From Malacoraja senta (taxonomy: Eukaryota), in assembly GCA_038087875.1 (NCBI GenBank), contig CM075999.1, positions 2,544,001 to 2,608,000 on the forward strand: DNA of 64,000 nt. The letters run 5' to 3'. Made by a program: the position numbers and the translations under genes. The notes below the pieces were generated by a model. That model ran no database searches. It was not told where the DNA came from and worked only from the letters and a program-made list of their open reading frames with translations. Below are positions 12,309 to 24,428 of this stretch, one piece after another. The first letter of the stretch is position 1. Each line of letters opens with the position of its first letter.

Positions 12309-13025
12309 TTCTGCCTGTGAGGGTAAGACTGCTACTTGTACTGTAGGCCATAATACTCACCGGTTCTTCTGAATAATTCCGCTTCTTCTGAATAATTCCG
12401 CTTCTAAGCCTGTGATGTATGTCTGGAACAACCACAGGCTTCGAGATAGCATTGCCTAATAAACGGTGAGACAAAAAAATAGAACAGGAAATATTAATAT
12501 AATGACAAATTATGCCCTGTACCATTTGGATGATTCAGCTGATTTTATTAAGTGTTTTTCTACAATTTTTCTAACTATTTAATAATTCTGTCAGGTTTTA
12601 AGACCATATGTTTGCTTAATTTGTCTTAGCGCAGTGATCTCATTAAACTACTCCAATAGAAACAGTGAAATCCCACTAATACAGTCCTGATAAATTATGC
12701 AAAATACCTTTGCTGCAGCAGAGGTTAAAAATAACAATGGAACGAAACTTCATCCCCCGAGGTTTCTCTACTCTAACTTAGTTGGAGTAAGTGTGAGGTG
12801 CTGTCCTCTGGGCTTCTGTTCAGCCTGATGTAAGCAGTGAGAGATGGGCATGGTCGGGATGGTGGGGCCTCCTTCATCGTAGATGCCATCTTCTCGGCTG
12901 GACCGGGCACCGCTCCAAGAGGCCGAACACGTGGAATGCACGCGGCCTACAGCGGTGGATGACCCCATGGCTACGCTTGGCCAGGCTGACCCTGCAACGC
13001 CGCCAGGGCAACAGACCCTCATGGC

Positions 13026-13683
13026 TAGGGTTGCAACTGTCCCATATTAGCCGGGACATCCCGTATATTGGGCTAAATTGGTTTGTCCCGTACGGGACCG
13101 CCCTTGTCCCCGTATTTGACTGCTACTACTCGGGTCGAGGGGACTGTCGGGTCGGAGAGCCGCGTCCGGCCCCGCCTCACCCGTCCCAACGTAGTGCAGC
13201 CCATGGAGTGCAGCAGCAGCAGCAGCGCCTCGCCCGTGGCCCCGTCGGTCGGCAGCCCAGCCAGTTGTCCGACCTTCGGACCTTCGCTCACTGCCGACAC
13301 CACCACCCCTACTTCTCACGGCCGATCATCAGCGGAGTCAGGGGATATGGGGAGAAGGCAGGAACGGGGTCCTGATTGGGGTTGATCAGCCATGATCACA
13401 ATGAATGGCGGTGCTGGCTCGAAGGGCCAAATGGCCTACTCCTGCACCTATTGTCTATTGTCATGAGTTGGATACGGTACCGGACTTTGCGCGCGATGTC
13501 GTGCGGCCCGGCCAAAACTCCTCAGCTGGCCCGCCGGCTGGGCTTTGCGTGCAGTCCAGCATCCGGGCCAACTCATCATTCACCCAGCCACGGCCGGGTC
13601 GGTCAACGAATTGCCGTCGGGTATAAAGTCCCGTATTTTGACCTTTTGCCCCTTATTTGGGAGTGAGAAAGTTGACAACCTTA
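13026..13683. mobile_element. Non-autonomous hAT transposon (MITE) with 8-bp TSD; contains a CR1 tail at ca. 13331-13462
   Basis: Termini TAGGGTTGCAAC...GTTGACAACCTTA; TSD CTCATGGC at 13018-13025 and 13684-13691; subterminal GTCCCG repeats. Confidence 0.9.
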
Positions 13684-13725
13684 CTCATGGCACTTACAAC
13701 AACTGGACCGCCCTTGTAGTGTGTA

Positions 13726-13930
13726 GGAAGGAACTGCAGGTGCTGGTTTAAAGTGAAGATAGACACAAAATGCTGGAGTAACTCCGCGGCACAGGCAGCA
13801 TCTCTGTCTGACTAGTCTGAAGAAGGGTCTCGACCCGAAGCATTATCCCATTCCTTCTCTCCAGAATTGCTGCCTGTCCCGCTGAGTTACTCCAGCATTT
13901 TGTGTCCATCTTCGGTGTAAACCAGCATCT
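13726..13930. mobile_element. Inverted pair of Penelope tails with degenerate hammerhead motif
   Basis: GGAAGGAACTGCAGGTGCTGG...GCAGCATCTCT / TAGTCTGAAGAAGGGTCTCGACCCGAAGC...CCAGCATCT. Confidence 0.8.
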
Positions 13931-14328
13931 ACACACGTACTTGTACCCTATTGCTATTTTTAACAAGCACCATTGTGGATTTTATGGGTCAGTTTTATTA
14001 GAATTTATTCGGCTAAAAAAAAAACATCGGTGATGCGAGTCAGTGTATAAAACTTTAATATGCTCGTGTTAAATTTCCTTTCCAGTATTTTAATGGGGAC
14101 ATTACTCCAATTAAAATTATGCCGGCTGCAGTCAATTCCAGGTGTCTTTTGCTATTCGCACTCTTTCACTGACAACCCACTGTTTCTGGTCGCTGACGGC
14201 CGGCATGGTGGCGTAGCGGTAGAGTTGCTGCCTCACAGCGCCAAGGACCCGGGTTCGATCTTGACTACGGGTGCTGTCAGTACGTTCTCCCTGTGACCTG
14301 CGTGTGCTTTCTTTCTCCGGGTGCTCCA

Positions 14329-14528
14329 NNNNNNNNNNNNNNNNNNNNNNNNNNNNNNNNNNNNNNNNNNNNNNNNNNNNNNNNNNNNNNNNNNNNNNNN
14401 NNNNNNNNNNNNNNNNNNNNNNNNNNNNNNNNNNNNNNNNNNNNNNNNNNNNNNNNNNNNNNNNNNNNNNNNNNNNNNNNNNNNNNNNNNNNNNNNNNNN
14501 NNNNNNNNNNNNNNNNNNNNNNNNNNNN
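14329..14528. other. Assembly gap (200 N)
   Basis: Run of exactly 200 N; flanks are a V-SINE and a CR1 tail. Confidence 0.99.
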
Positions 14529-15246
14529 GTGTGGGCAAGATGGGCCGAAGGGCCTGTTTCCAGGATATACGACTGACTCTATGGAATAACATTCGGTTGT
14601 CTGTTGGAAGGGAACTGCAGATGCTGGTTTACACCGAAGATAGACAGAAAATGCTGGAGTAACTCAGCGGGACAGGCAGCGTCTCTGGAGAGAAGGGATG
14701 GGTGACGTTTCAGGTCCGACCCAGCTCTTGCTGTGTGACTGAGTCGATGTGAAACTAATATTACTAATATTCCCCTCCGCAGATTATGAATCAGTAGCCC
14801 TTTCTTTACAATTCTATTGTAAGAATATCTGTGCATGATTCTTAAAATTACCTGTCAAAATCTCCAGTGCTCTCCAAAGCATCTGAAATTTTGAAGCGCA
14901 GGTAAGAGATTTTTTTTTCCTTTGTTAGTTGTGAACAATCCTGCTAAATTAGCAGCTGCGAATGGAGCCCAAAGTCCCTGTTTTTTTTAATGGAAGTGAG
15001 AACTCACTTTTGATCCTGTGTCTGAGAATGGGGAGACACGAATTATTTTCTCCAACTTCAAATTATTCCAGAGTCGCAGCACAGAAACAGGCCATTCGGC
15101 CCACCATGTCCATACGGACTATCAAGTACAGCTGACACTATTAATCCCCTTCACTCGTACTGTGGCTCACAATACCTTTGCAGTTCAAATGTTCAGTTTA
15201 GTTTAGAGATACAGTGCGGAAACAGGCCCTTCGGCCCACCGAGCCA

Positions 15247-15660
15247 TAAGGTCATACGGGCAAAAGTGATAGGGATAGAATTAGGCCATTCGGCCCATCA
15301 AGTCTACTCCGTCATTCAATCATGGCTGATCTATATCTCCCTCCTAACTCCATTCTCCTGCCTTCTCCCCATAACCTCTGACACCCGTACTAATCAAGAA
15401 CCTATCTATCTCTGCCTTAAAAATATCCACTGACGGCCTCCACAGACTTCTGTGGCAATGAATTCCACAGATTCACCACCCTCTGACTAAAGAAATTTCT
15501 CCTCATCTCCTTCCCAAAGGAACGCCCTTTAAATCTGAGGCTGTGCCCTCTGGTCCTAGACTCTCCCACTAGTGGAAACATCCTCTCCACATCCACTCTG
15601 TCCAAGCCTTTCATTATTCTGCACGTTTCAATGAGGTCCCCCCCACATTCTTGTAAACCC
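15247..15660 (-). mobile_element. CR1 LINE 3' end nested in an antisense V-SINE (15196-15245 / 15670-15928)
   Basis: GDLIETCRIMKGLDRVDVERMFPLVGESRTRGHSLRFKGRSFGKEMRRNFFSQRVVNLWNSLPQ. Confidence 0.88.
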
Positions 15661-17004
15661 AAGCGAGCCCGCACCGACTAGCGATCACCCCGCACCCCGC
15701 ACCCTATCCTACACGCACTAGGGACAATTTACAATTATAGCAAGCCAATTAACCTACAAACCTGTACATCTTTAGAGTGTGGGAGGAAACTGGAGATCCT
15801 GGAGAAAACCCACGCAGGTCACGGGGAGAACGTACAGACTCCGCACAGACAGCGCCCGTGGTCAGGGTCGAACCCGGGTCGCTTGCGCTCTAAGACAGTA
15901 GCTCTACAGCTGCGCCACCGTGCCGCCCGAACATCTAACATCAAATTATTTTTCCATCTTTTAGAGTTGCAGCAGAGAAGCAGGCCATTCGGCCCATCAT
16001 GTACATACAGACCATCAAATATCTAACAATGTTAATCCCCAATGCTTGTACTGTGGCTCTCAACATCCTGGTGATTCAAATTAGTCACCAAAAGCTTCTC
16101 AAATGTTGAGAGTTGATGCCTCCAACACCTTCTCGGGTGGGTGTTCCAGATTGCAAACATCCTCTGCGTCCTAGACTCATAGAGTCATTCCGCGTTGAAA
16201 CTGGCCATTTGGCCCAACAAGGGTCTCGACCCGAAACATCACCTGTCCATTTTCTCCGTAGATGCTGCCTGACCCGCCGAGTTACTCCAGCACTTTGAGT
16301 CTATCTTTGGTGTGAAAACCAGCCTCTGCAGGTCCTTCTCATTACAATATAGCACGGCAATCCGCCTTAGACATGAACAGCAATCAATGTTTCGGGTTGG
16401 GATCCTACTTCAGTCCCAGAAACGGGCCAGTTTCCATACTCTATGACTCTACAACATAGACTGCACCCAAGGTCAGAATGGACCTGGGTTCCTGGCGCTG
16501 TGAAGCAGCAGTTCTACCCGCTGCGCCTCTGGTGCCGCCCCCAAGCAACAGAAGAGATTATCATTTTCCGTGTTTCCTCCATGGCAAAGCTCCAGAGATT
16601 AGCGAGGCCTCGCAGTGAATTATTAGTTGTATTCCCGTGATCAGTGCAGATAATTGGATATGTCGTGAATCGATGGGTTACAGTCAGACACAAGCCCGTT
16701 TCTGTGGCAAGTAATGAGTTAGGTCCCTAAGATTAGTTTCATGGGCCATAATTTATCTTAATGGAAGGGGAAAAAAAAAATGCAGAGAAAATATTTGCTA
16801 ACAGCCAAAAAGGATCCATGTGTTACGATAATCTTGCAGCTGTGTGTCTGTGCAGTATTTGCCAGCCCATGAATGTGGGAACAATACAGAGCGTTTAGTA
16901 TAGTTTAGATTAGAGATACAGTACGGGAACAGGCCCTTCGGCCCACCGAGTCTACGCCGACCACTCGACGAAGCTTGAGAAACAAAAATCAAAATCCCTG
17001 CAGT

Positions 17005-17478
17005 GCATAAAATCATGAGAGGAATAGATCGGGTAGATGCACAGAGTCTCTTGCCCAGAGTAGGTGAATCGAGGACCAGGGACTTTAGGTTTAAGGTGAA
17101 GGGGAAAAGATTTAATAGGAATCTGAGGGGTAACTTTCTCACAGAGGGTTTAAGAAGGAACTGCAGATGCTGGAAAATCGAAGGTAGACAAAAGTCCTTC
17201 GCTCCTTAGATGCTGCTGCACCCGCTGAGTTTCTCCAGTACTTTTGTCTACCTCACACAGAGGGCGGTGGGTGTATGGAACGAGCTGCCAGAGGAGGTAG
17301 TTGAGGCTGGGACTATCCCAACGTTTAAGAGACAGTAAGACAGGTACAAGGATAGGGCAGGTTTGGAGGGATATGGACCAAACGCAGGCAGGTGGGACTC
17401 TTAGTTGGGACATGTTGGCCAGTGTGGGCAAGTTGGGCTGAAGGGTCTGTTTCCACACTGTATCACACTTTGACTCTC
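17005..17478 (+). mobile_element. CR1 LINE 3' end interrupted by a short palindromic Penelope tail (ca. 17151-17250)
   Basis: KIMRGIDRVDAQSLLPRVGESRTR; insertion flanked by near-duplicated CTCACAGAGGG. Confidence 0.85.
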
Positions 17479-17794
17479 CGAATCTGAATATTTTTTTGAT
17501 TAGTTTCATTTTTTATTTTTAGTTTAAGTTTTCGTTTTAGTTCGAGTTTTAGAGATAGGGTAAAACAGGCCCTTCGGCCCATCGAGTCCCCGCCGACCAG
17601 CGATCATACTGTACACTGCACCTCGGTACACGTGACAATAAACTCAACTCAAACTAGTTCCATCCTACACGCCAGGGACGATTCACAGGAGCTAATGACA
17701 GAGGACTACAACCTGTGTTGATCACCCATTCACACTAGTTCTATGTTATCCCTCATTCTCAACCCCTCCATGTGCATTAGGGAGAATTTCAAAG

Positions 17795-18187
17795 AATGAG
17801 GGGGGGACCTCATTGAAACGTGCAGAATAGCGAAAGGCTTGGACAGAGTGGATGTGGAGAGGATGTTTCCACTAGTGGGAGAGTCTAGGACCAGAGGTCA
17901 CAGCCTCAGAATTAAAGGACGTTCCTTTAAGGAGATGAGGAGGAATTTCTTTGGTCAGAGGGTGGTGAATCTGTGGAATTCATTGCCACAGAAGGCTGTG
18001 GAGGCCAAGTCAATAGATATTTTTAAGGCAGAGATAGATAGATTCTTGATTAGTGTGGGTGTCAGAGGTTATGGGGAAAAGGCAGGAGAATGAGGTTAGG
18101 AGGGAGAGATAAATCAGCCATGATTGCATGGCAGAGTAGACTTGATGGGCCGATTGGCCTCATTCTGCTCCTATCACTTATGACCTT
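17795..18187 (+). mobile_element. CR1 LINE 3' end
   Basis: DRVDVERMFPLVGESRTRGHSLRIKGRSFKEMRRNFFGQRVVNLWNSLPQKAVEAKS; tail CTCCTATCACTTATGACCTT. Confidence 0.9.
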
Positions 18188-18712
18188 ACGGTTCTGGCTA
18201 TATGCAGATAATTGCACGCCTCAATGAACTAAGGAGAGCAGAATGAATCGAGGTGCAATTTCATTCGAAGTGTTGTCCAAACAGAATCTTAAATCATTTC
18301 AGTGGCTTTGAACTCTCGCCTGCCTCCGACTCCAGCCACGGAGTTGCACAAATGGATTTTTATTTTTGAATGTGAATGTGTTTTGCTGACAGGGAGAGTA
18401 AAGAAGATAACAATATTTACATATAGATTTTTTTTTGGCTACCTGTTTCCAAATGCTTTGTGTTGAGAGGAAAAGTTTGCAAATGTTTTGCCTCCACAAA
18501 TTTAAAGATTTATTTAATTTGCAACATGAAAGTTAACTGGCGTCACATGAATTGAAAATAATATTATTAATCCGTATGAAATTTTGTTTCCGGGCAATTT
18601 TAAAATCCTACTCGTTCATCTGAGTCTGTTCTGTTAACACAATATATGCATTTGGGAAAAATAACTCTTACTCCCGACAGTTAGATTTTACGTACGTTTG
18701 GTTCAGTGATAA

Positions 18713-19011
18713 GTGGCACAGCGGTAGAGTTGCTGCCTCACAACGCCAGAGACCCGGGTTCGATCCTGACTACGGGTGCTGCCTGTACGGAGTTTGTACG
18801 TTCTCCCTGTGACTGCGTGGGTTTTCTCCGGGTGCTCTGGTTTCCTCCCACACTCCAAAGACGTGCAGGGTTGTAGGTTAATTGGCTTTGGGTAAAGGAG
18901 TAAATTATCCCTAGTGTGTGGGATAGTGCTAGTGTACGGGGATTGCTGGTCGGAGCAAACTCGGTGAGCCGAAGGGCCCGTTTCCTCACTGTATCTCTAA
19001 ACTAAACGAAA
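18713..19011 (+). mobile_element. V-SINE
   Basis: A/B boxes, V-domain, tail and (TAAAC)n. Confidence 0.9.
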
Positions 19012-19087
19012 CAGTGGATGTAGTATATTAGGTCTTCCAGAAGATGGGCAAGTTAAGATACTATATATATATATTTTGTGTTTAGTT

Positions 19088-19662
19088 TAGAGCCCTAGAT
19101 GGCTTAGGAGCAGCATATTTTACAGAGTCCCTTCTTCCCTACGCCCCCACTCAAGCGCTCAGCTCTTCTGACTGTTAGCCACTCAATGCCGCAGAAATAA
19201 GAAAATTGGTGAAGCAGCCTTTTTCAATGACACCCCCAAGCTGTGGAATACCCCACCCAGGGCTACGAGATACGTCCACTCAGTTGACATTTTTTAATCA
19301 GCAGCTAAAAACCTATCTTTTTAATCAAGCTTTTTAACTGACTTTATGTTAAAGAAGGAACTGCAGATGCTGGAAAATCGAGGGTAGACAAAAATGCAGG
19401 AGAAACTCAGCGGGTGCGGCAGCATCTGTGGAGCGAAGGAGATAGGCAACGTTTCGGGCCGAAAACCCTTTGTCCTTTTACACTCTCAATTTTATATTTT
19501 ATATATTTTTATTAATCTGTGCTTTTTATGCTAGTAACTGCCGATGTACTTACTGTTTTTAATTGTATTTTTGTTTCGACCTGTGTCTATGTGGAAAGCA
19601 CTTTGGGTTGCATTCAATTGTATGAAAATTGCTCTACGGATAACGTTAGTATTATTATTATT
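19088..19662 (+). mobile_element. Degenerate L2 LINE 3' end, interrupted by an antisense Penelope tail (ca. 19350-19470)
   Basis: Reads RALDGLGAAYFTESLLPYAPTQALSSSD...AAF...PKLWN...LKTYLFNQAF; 3' UTR GAAAGCACTTTGG...(ATT)n. Confidence 0.7.
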
Positions 19663-19793
19663 ATACAGCATGGAAACAAACCCTTCAGCCCACTGAGTCC
19701 ACGCTGACCATTGATCACATGTACACTAATTCTATGTTGTCCCATTTTTGCATCGGACACAATTTTCAGAAGCCCATTAACTTGAAAACCATG

Positions 19794-20039
19794 TTTGAGA
19801 AAGAACTGCAGATGCTGGAAAAATCAAAGGTGGACAAAAATGCTGGAGAAACTCAGCGGGTGAGGCAGCATCTATGGAGCGAAGGAAATAGGCAACGTTT
19901 CGGGACGAAACCCTTCCGGGTTTCGGCCCGAAACGTTGCCTATTTCCAGAAGGGTTTTGGCCCAAAAGGTTGCCTATTTCCTTCGCTCCATAGATGCTGC
20001 CTCACCTGCTGAGTTTCCCCGGCATTTTTGTCTACAGTC
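19794..20039. mobile_element. Palindromic Penelope-derived mini-element, 11-bp TSD
   Basis: TGAAAACCATG at 19783-19793 and 20040-20050; inverted arms. Confidence 0.88.
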
Positions 20040-20183
20040 TGAAAACCATGGTCAATAGTTTTAAGATTAGCTTCTTCCCAACAAACCATCAGGCTCTTGA
20101 ACGCCACAAAAAGTCTGGCCTATCTTGACTCTGGCCTATCTTGACCGTCCCATAGAATGCCTCCCCAGAAGGTGCAGGAGTTA

Positions 20184-20709
20184 ATAGACAATAGACAATA
20201 GGTGCAGGAGTAGGCCATTCGGCCCTTCGAGCAAGCACCGCCATTCAATGTGATCATGGCTGATCATCCCCAATCAGTATCCCGTTCCTGCCTTCTCCCC
20301 ATATCCCCTGACTCCGCTATTTTTAAGAGCCCTATCTAGCTCCCTCTTGAAAGCATCCAGAGAACCCGCCTCCGCCGCCCTCTAAGGCAGAGAATTCCAC
20401 AGACTCACCACTCTCAGTGAGAAAAAGGGTTTCCTCATCTCCGTTCTAAATGGCTTACTCCTTATTCTTAAACTGTGGCCCCTGGTTCTGGTCTCCCCCA
20501 ACATCGGGAACATGTTTCCTGCCTCTAGCGTGTCCAAGCCCTTAACAATCTTATATGTTTCAATGAGATACCCTCTCATCCTTCTAAACTCCACAGTGTA
20601 CAAGCCCAGCTGCTCCATTTTCTCAGCGTATGACAGTCCCGCCATCCCGGGAATTAACCTTGTCAACCTACGCTGCACTCTCTCAATAGCAAGAATGTCC
20701 TTCCTCAAT
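20184..20709 (-). mobile_element. CR1 LINE 3' end
   Basis: RKDILAIERVQRRLTRLIPGMAGLSYAEKMEQLGLYTVEFRRMRGYLIETYKIVKG. Confidence 0.92.
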
Positions 20710-21096
20710 TCCTGCCTCTTCTTCCTTCCTCAGGACACAGCTTGCCGAGAGTTTTATCCGCGCTGCCCCAAGACGCCCCTTTGTCTGGCTCCGCTCACAT
20801 CTGTCAGGATGTCGAAGTGTAAATAACACCTCGGTGGGTTTGAGACACGAGAGACGGCAGATGCTGCAATCTGGAGCAAGTTACCAAATTAAACCCCACA
20901 AACTGCTGGGGGAATTCGGCGGGTCAAACTACACCGATGACGGAAATGGACAACGGCGACATTTCGGGTCGAGACTCGTCTTCAGAACCTCGCGTGCTCT
21001 TGGCTGCATGGTGGGCCGAGAATCTCAGAGAGTCGGTGTAGAGCAGTGAGATACAACAGCTGGTTGAGTGACATCACAGCAACAACCTCACTCAAC

Positions 21097-21530
21097 GGTT
21101 CAATGGTTCAATGGTGCCTTTATTGTCACATGTGCAAACGCACAGTGGAATTATTTCCTTACACGCAGCCCAGCACAGTATTGCCACACCCAAGCACATC
21201 CCCGATTATGAAAATGTACGCAAATTGTCCACTGACCCCGGATGCAAAAGGTGCCATGTTTTGGCACCATTTTCAATCACCAGTCCGCGCTGCAGTTCTT
21301 ATGAGCTGTGCCCGATCCAGGCGAGCCCCAGGCTGTCGCTGGGCCTCCAGCCAAGTCCTTCATTGGACACCACGTCCCTCTCCTCGGCCGCCCACCTTTG
21401 TACCCCGGAGGGTGGGAGGCTCCCGCAGCCGACACTCGAGGGCACGATGGGCCAGACCCCAGTCCCCTCTCCTCCTCACCGTCACTGTCTGTGTCATCGT
21501 CCAATTCCAATGTTGAGGAAGATAACAGGC
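21097..21530 (-). mobile_element. Probable non-autonomous retroelement with GC-rich body and GTGACAATAAA/(TTGAACCA)n tail
   Basis: GGTTCAATGGTTCAATGG..TTTATTGTCAC is the reverse complement of a Rex1-type tail; body lacks coding similarity; 5' boundary uncertain. Confidence 0.5.
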
Positions 21531-22016
21531 TGTGGAAAGTGCAAAATGTACCCTTTGGGTTCCTCTTATCCACCAACTATCTGCCTCACTGGAGACCCTC
21601 AGTCTTAACTGGACTTTACTGATTGGGGATGATCAGCCATGATCACATTGAATGGCGGTGCTGGCTCGAAGGGCCAAATGGCCGACTCCTGCACCTATTG
21701 TCTATTGTATCACTTTATAGAACGCTATTCCCTTTATCCTGTATCTGTACACTGAGGACGGCTCAATTGTAATCATGTATTGTCTTTCCGCTGACTGGTT
21801 AGCACGCAACAAAATGTTTTCACTATACCTCGGTACACGTGACAATAAACTAATTAACGAATACTAAATTATTAAATCTTTCCCTTCTCACTTTAAACCT
21901 ATACACTCTATTCTTGATTCTCCTACCCTGGGTAAATGACTGCGTGCACTCACCCTATCTATGCCCCTTTGTCATCTACGGTAGCAAAATTGAACACAAT
22001 ACTCCAGAACGGAATA

Positions 22017-22294
22017 CGGGTGGCACGGTGGCGCAGCGGTAGAGTTGCTGCCTTACAGCGCCTGAGATAGGGGTTCGATCCCGACCACGGGAACGGAATT
22101 TGTACGTTCTCCCCGTGACCTGCGTGGGTTATCGCCAAGATCTTCGGTTTCCTCCCACACTCCAAAGACGTCCAGGTTTGTAGGTTTATGGGCTTGGTAA
22201 ATGTAACAATGGTCCCTGGTGTGTGTAGGATAGTGTTAATGCGCGGTGATCGCTGGTCGGTGTGAACTCAGTGTTTCTCTAAACTAAACTAAAC
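22017..22294 (+). mobile_element. V-SINE
   Basis: Full head and V-domain. Confidence 0.88.
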
Positions 22295-22449
22295 TCTGGG
22301 ATTAGCTAAAGATTCTAGCATAATCTTGTCTCCATAATGCTCCAAGTGTGGCCTCAGCAATGTATTGTACGCCTAGATATGACCACATTATGTGTACTGA
22401 ACACAGGGTACTGGGTGGGAAAAGTGGAGTGCCAGCTTAGTCTAGATTA

Positions 22450-22753
22450 GTTTAGTTTAGAGATACAGCACGGAAACAGGCCCTTCAGCCCACCGAGTCC
22501 GCGCCGACCAGCGATCCCTGCACACTAGCCCTATCCTATGCACTATGGACAATTTACATTTACACCAAGCCAATTAACCTACAAACCTGCACGTCTTTGG
22601 AGTGTGGAAGGAAACCGGAGCACCCGGAGAAAACCCGCGCAGGTCACGGGGAGAACGTACAAACTCCGTACAGACAGCACCCGCGGTCAGGATCGAACTA
22701 GAGTCTCTGGCGCTGTGGGGCAGCAACTCTACCGCTGTGCCACCGTGCTGCCC
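22450..22753 (-). mobile_element. Full-length V-SINE
   Basis: Complete reverse-complement copy ending CCACCGTGCTGCCC. Confidence 0.92.
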
Positions 22754-23141
22754 ATCCAAGGATGATAGGAAGAGACGGGTTAAAAAACAATGAAACCGCA
22801 GGAGATGCAACACCTGTTCTGCTCACTGAGATGCCTGCACTCGGTCTCCAGGTGATAGGTTAGGTGGGTGTAGAATTTAAATTCAGTGTAAAATATTCAA
22901 CATTTGTGTTTTTAAAGTTGTCTAGCCTCAACAGTGATGTGAATGTCTCAGACTGTTAGAAGTTATGTTCCCTCACCTGTTCTCCTGCAAACCTGACCCA
23001 CTTTGAAATGTGAACTGCAGATGCTGGTTTACACCGAAGATAGACACAAAATGCTGGAGTTAAGGGGCTGTCCCACTTGGGCGACCTAATTGGCGAGTTT
23101 AGAAGAGTTTGAAAAAAAAATGATATGTAAAAGACCTCCTC

Positions 23142-23506
23142 CAATCAGTACCCCGTTCCTGCCTTCTCCCCATATCCCCTGACTCTGCTATTTTTAAGAG
23201 CCCTATCTAGCTCTCTCTTGAAAGCATCCAGAGAACCTGCCTCCATCGCCCTCTGAGGCAGAGAATTCCACAGACTCACCACTCACTGTGAGAAAAAGTG
23301 TTTCCTCGTCTCCGTTCTAAATGGCTTACTCCTTATTCTTAAATTGTGGCCCCTGGTTCTGGACTCCCCCAACATCGGGAACATGTTTCCTGCCTCTAGT
23401 GTGTCCAAGCCCTTCACAATCTTATATGTTTCAATGAGATCCCCTCTCATCCTTCTAAACTCCAGAGTGTTCAAGCCCAGCTGCTCCGTTCTCTCAGAAT
23501 ATGACA
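23142..23506 (-). mobile_element. CR1 LINE 3' fragment
   Basis: SYSERTEQLGLNTLEFRRMRGDLIETYKIVKGLDTLEAGNMFP. Confidence 0.88.
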
Positions 23507-23841
23507 ATGTATAGTGTAGCTGTGTAAGCCCACTGTATCCACTGGTGAACAGTGTTAGCTAGAGAGGTCGGGTGAGCGGGGTCGTTTTTTCGGCTGTGAA
23601 ACGTCAGGTCGGCTGTGCGATAACACACGTACTTTAAGTGGATCATCGCGAGTAGATTTGGAGTTGCAATCTGTCGAGATGTCTGTGGCGATTGACGATC
23701 ATTGGTAGCTGGCGTTTTCTAGATGGAGCAAGATCACGATAGCCAACGCCAATTTGTTACTGCCTGGTTGTGGACGTCACCAGCTGTCCACGGAGCTGTC
23801 GTCATATGGGCCAATTAGTGGTGGAGTGAGAGTCACAGTAT

Positions 23842-24073
23842 AGGGCCTGTCCCACTTGGCTATTTTTCTCGGCGACTGCAGGGCATCATTGACTGACGTA
23901 TCAAGTCACCGACAAATTCGCGGCGTGATGACATATTGACGTGCGGTGTTTTATTCAAGTGTCGCAACATTTTTTTTGTCGCCGCTGGGTTTTGAAATGT
24001 TCAAAATCTTTTGGCGACCCTGATATGACGCCGGCAGTGGCCGGAAAAAAAATCGCCAAGTGGGACAGGCCCT
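23842..24073. mobile_element. PIF/Harbinger-type MITE
   Basis: TIRs AGGGCCTGTCCCACTTGGC / GCCAAGTGGGACAGGCCCT; flanks TAT / TAA (3-bp TSD with one mismatch). Confidence 0.82.
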
Positions 24074-24428
24074 TAACTACCAGTACAACAGGACCCACCG
24101 GCAAAGCCAGGCACCAATCAACTCCTTTACAACTGAGGAACTATTGCTACAGAAAATGACCTTTGATTAGTACGGGTGTCAGGGGTTACGGGGAGAAGGC
24201 AGGAGAATGGGGTTAGGAGGGAGAGATAGATCGGCCGTGATTGAATGGCGGAGTAGACTTGATGGGCCGAAGGGCCTAATTCTGCTCCTATCACTTATGA
24301 CACATTGCTGGAGCAACACAGCGGGTCAGGAAGCATCTCTGGATCCAAGGCCAATGGGGAAGTTCTAATCCAGGGCATGCTGGAGCGAAGTTAGGAATCA
24401 TGTCTGCTCGCAGAGTTGTAGAGTCAAA

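Noticed and set aside
14233..14662. ORFs spanning N runs (also 42162-42818)
   Set aside because: Artefacts of assembly gaps and microsatellites.
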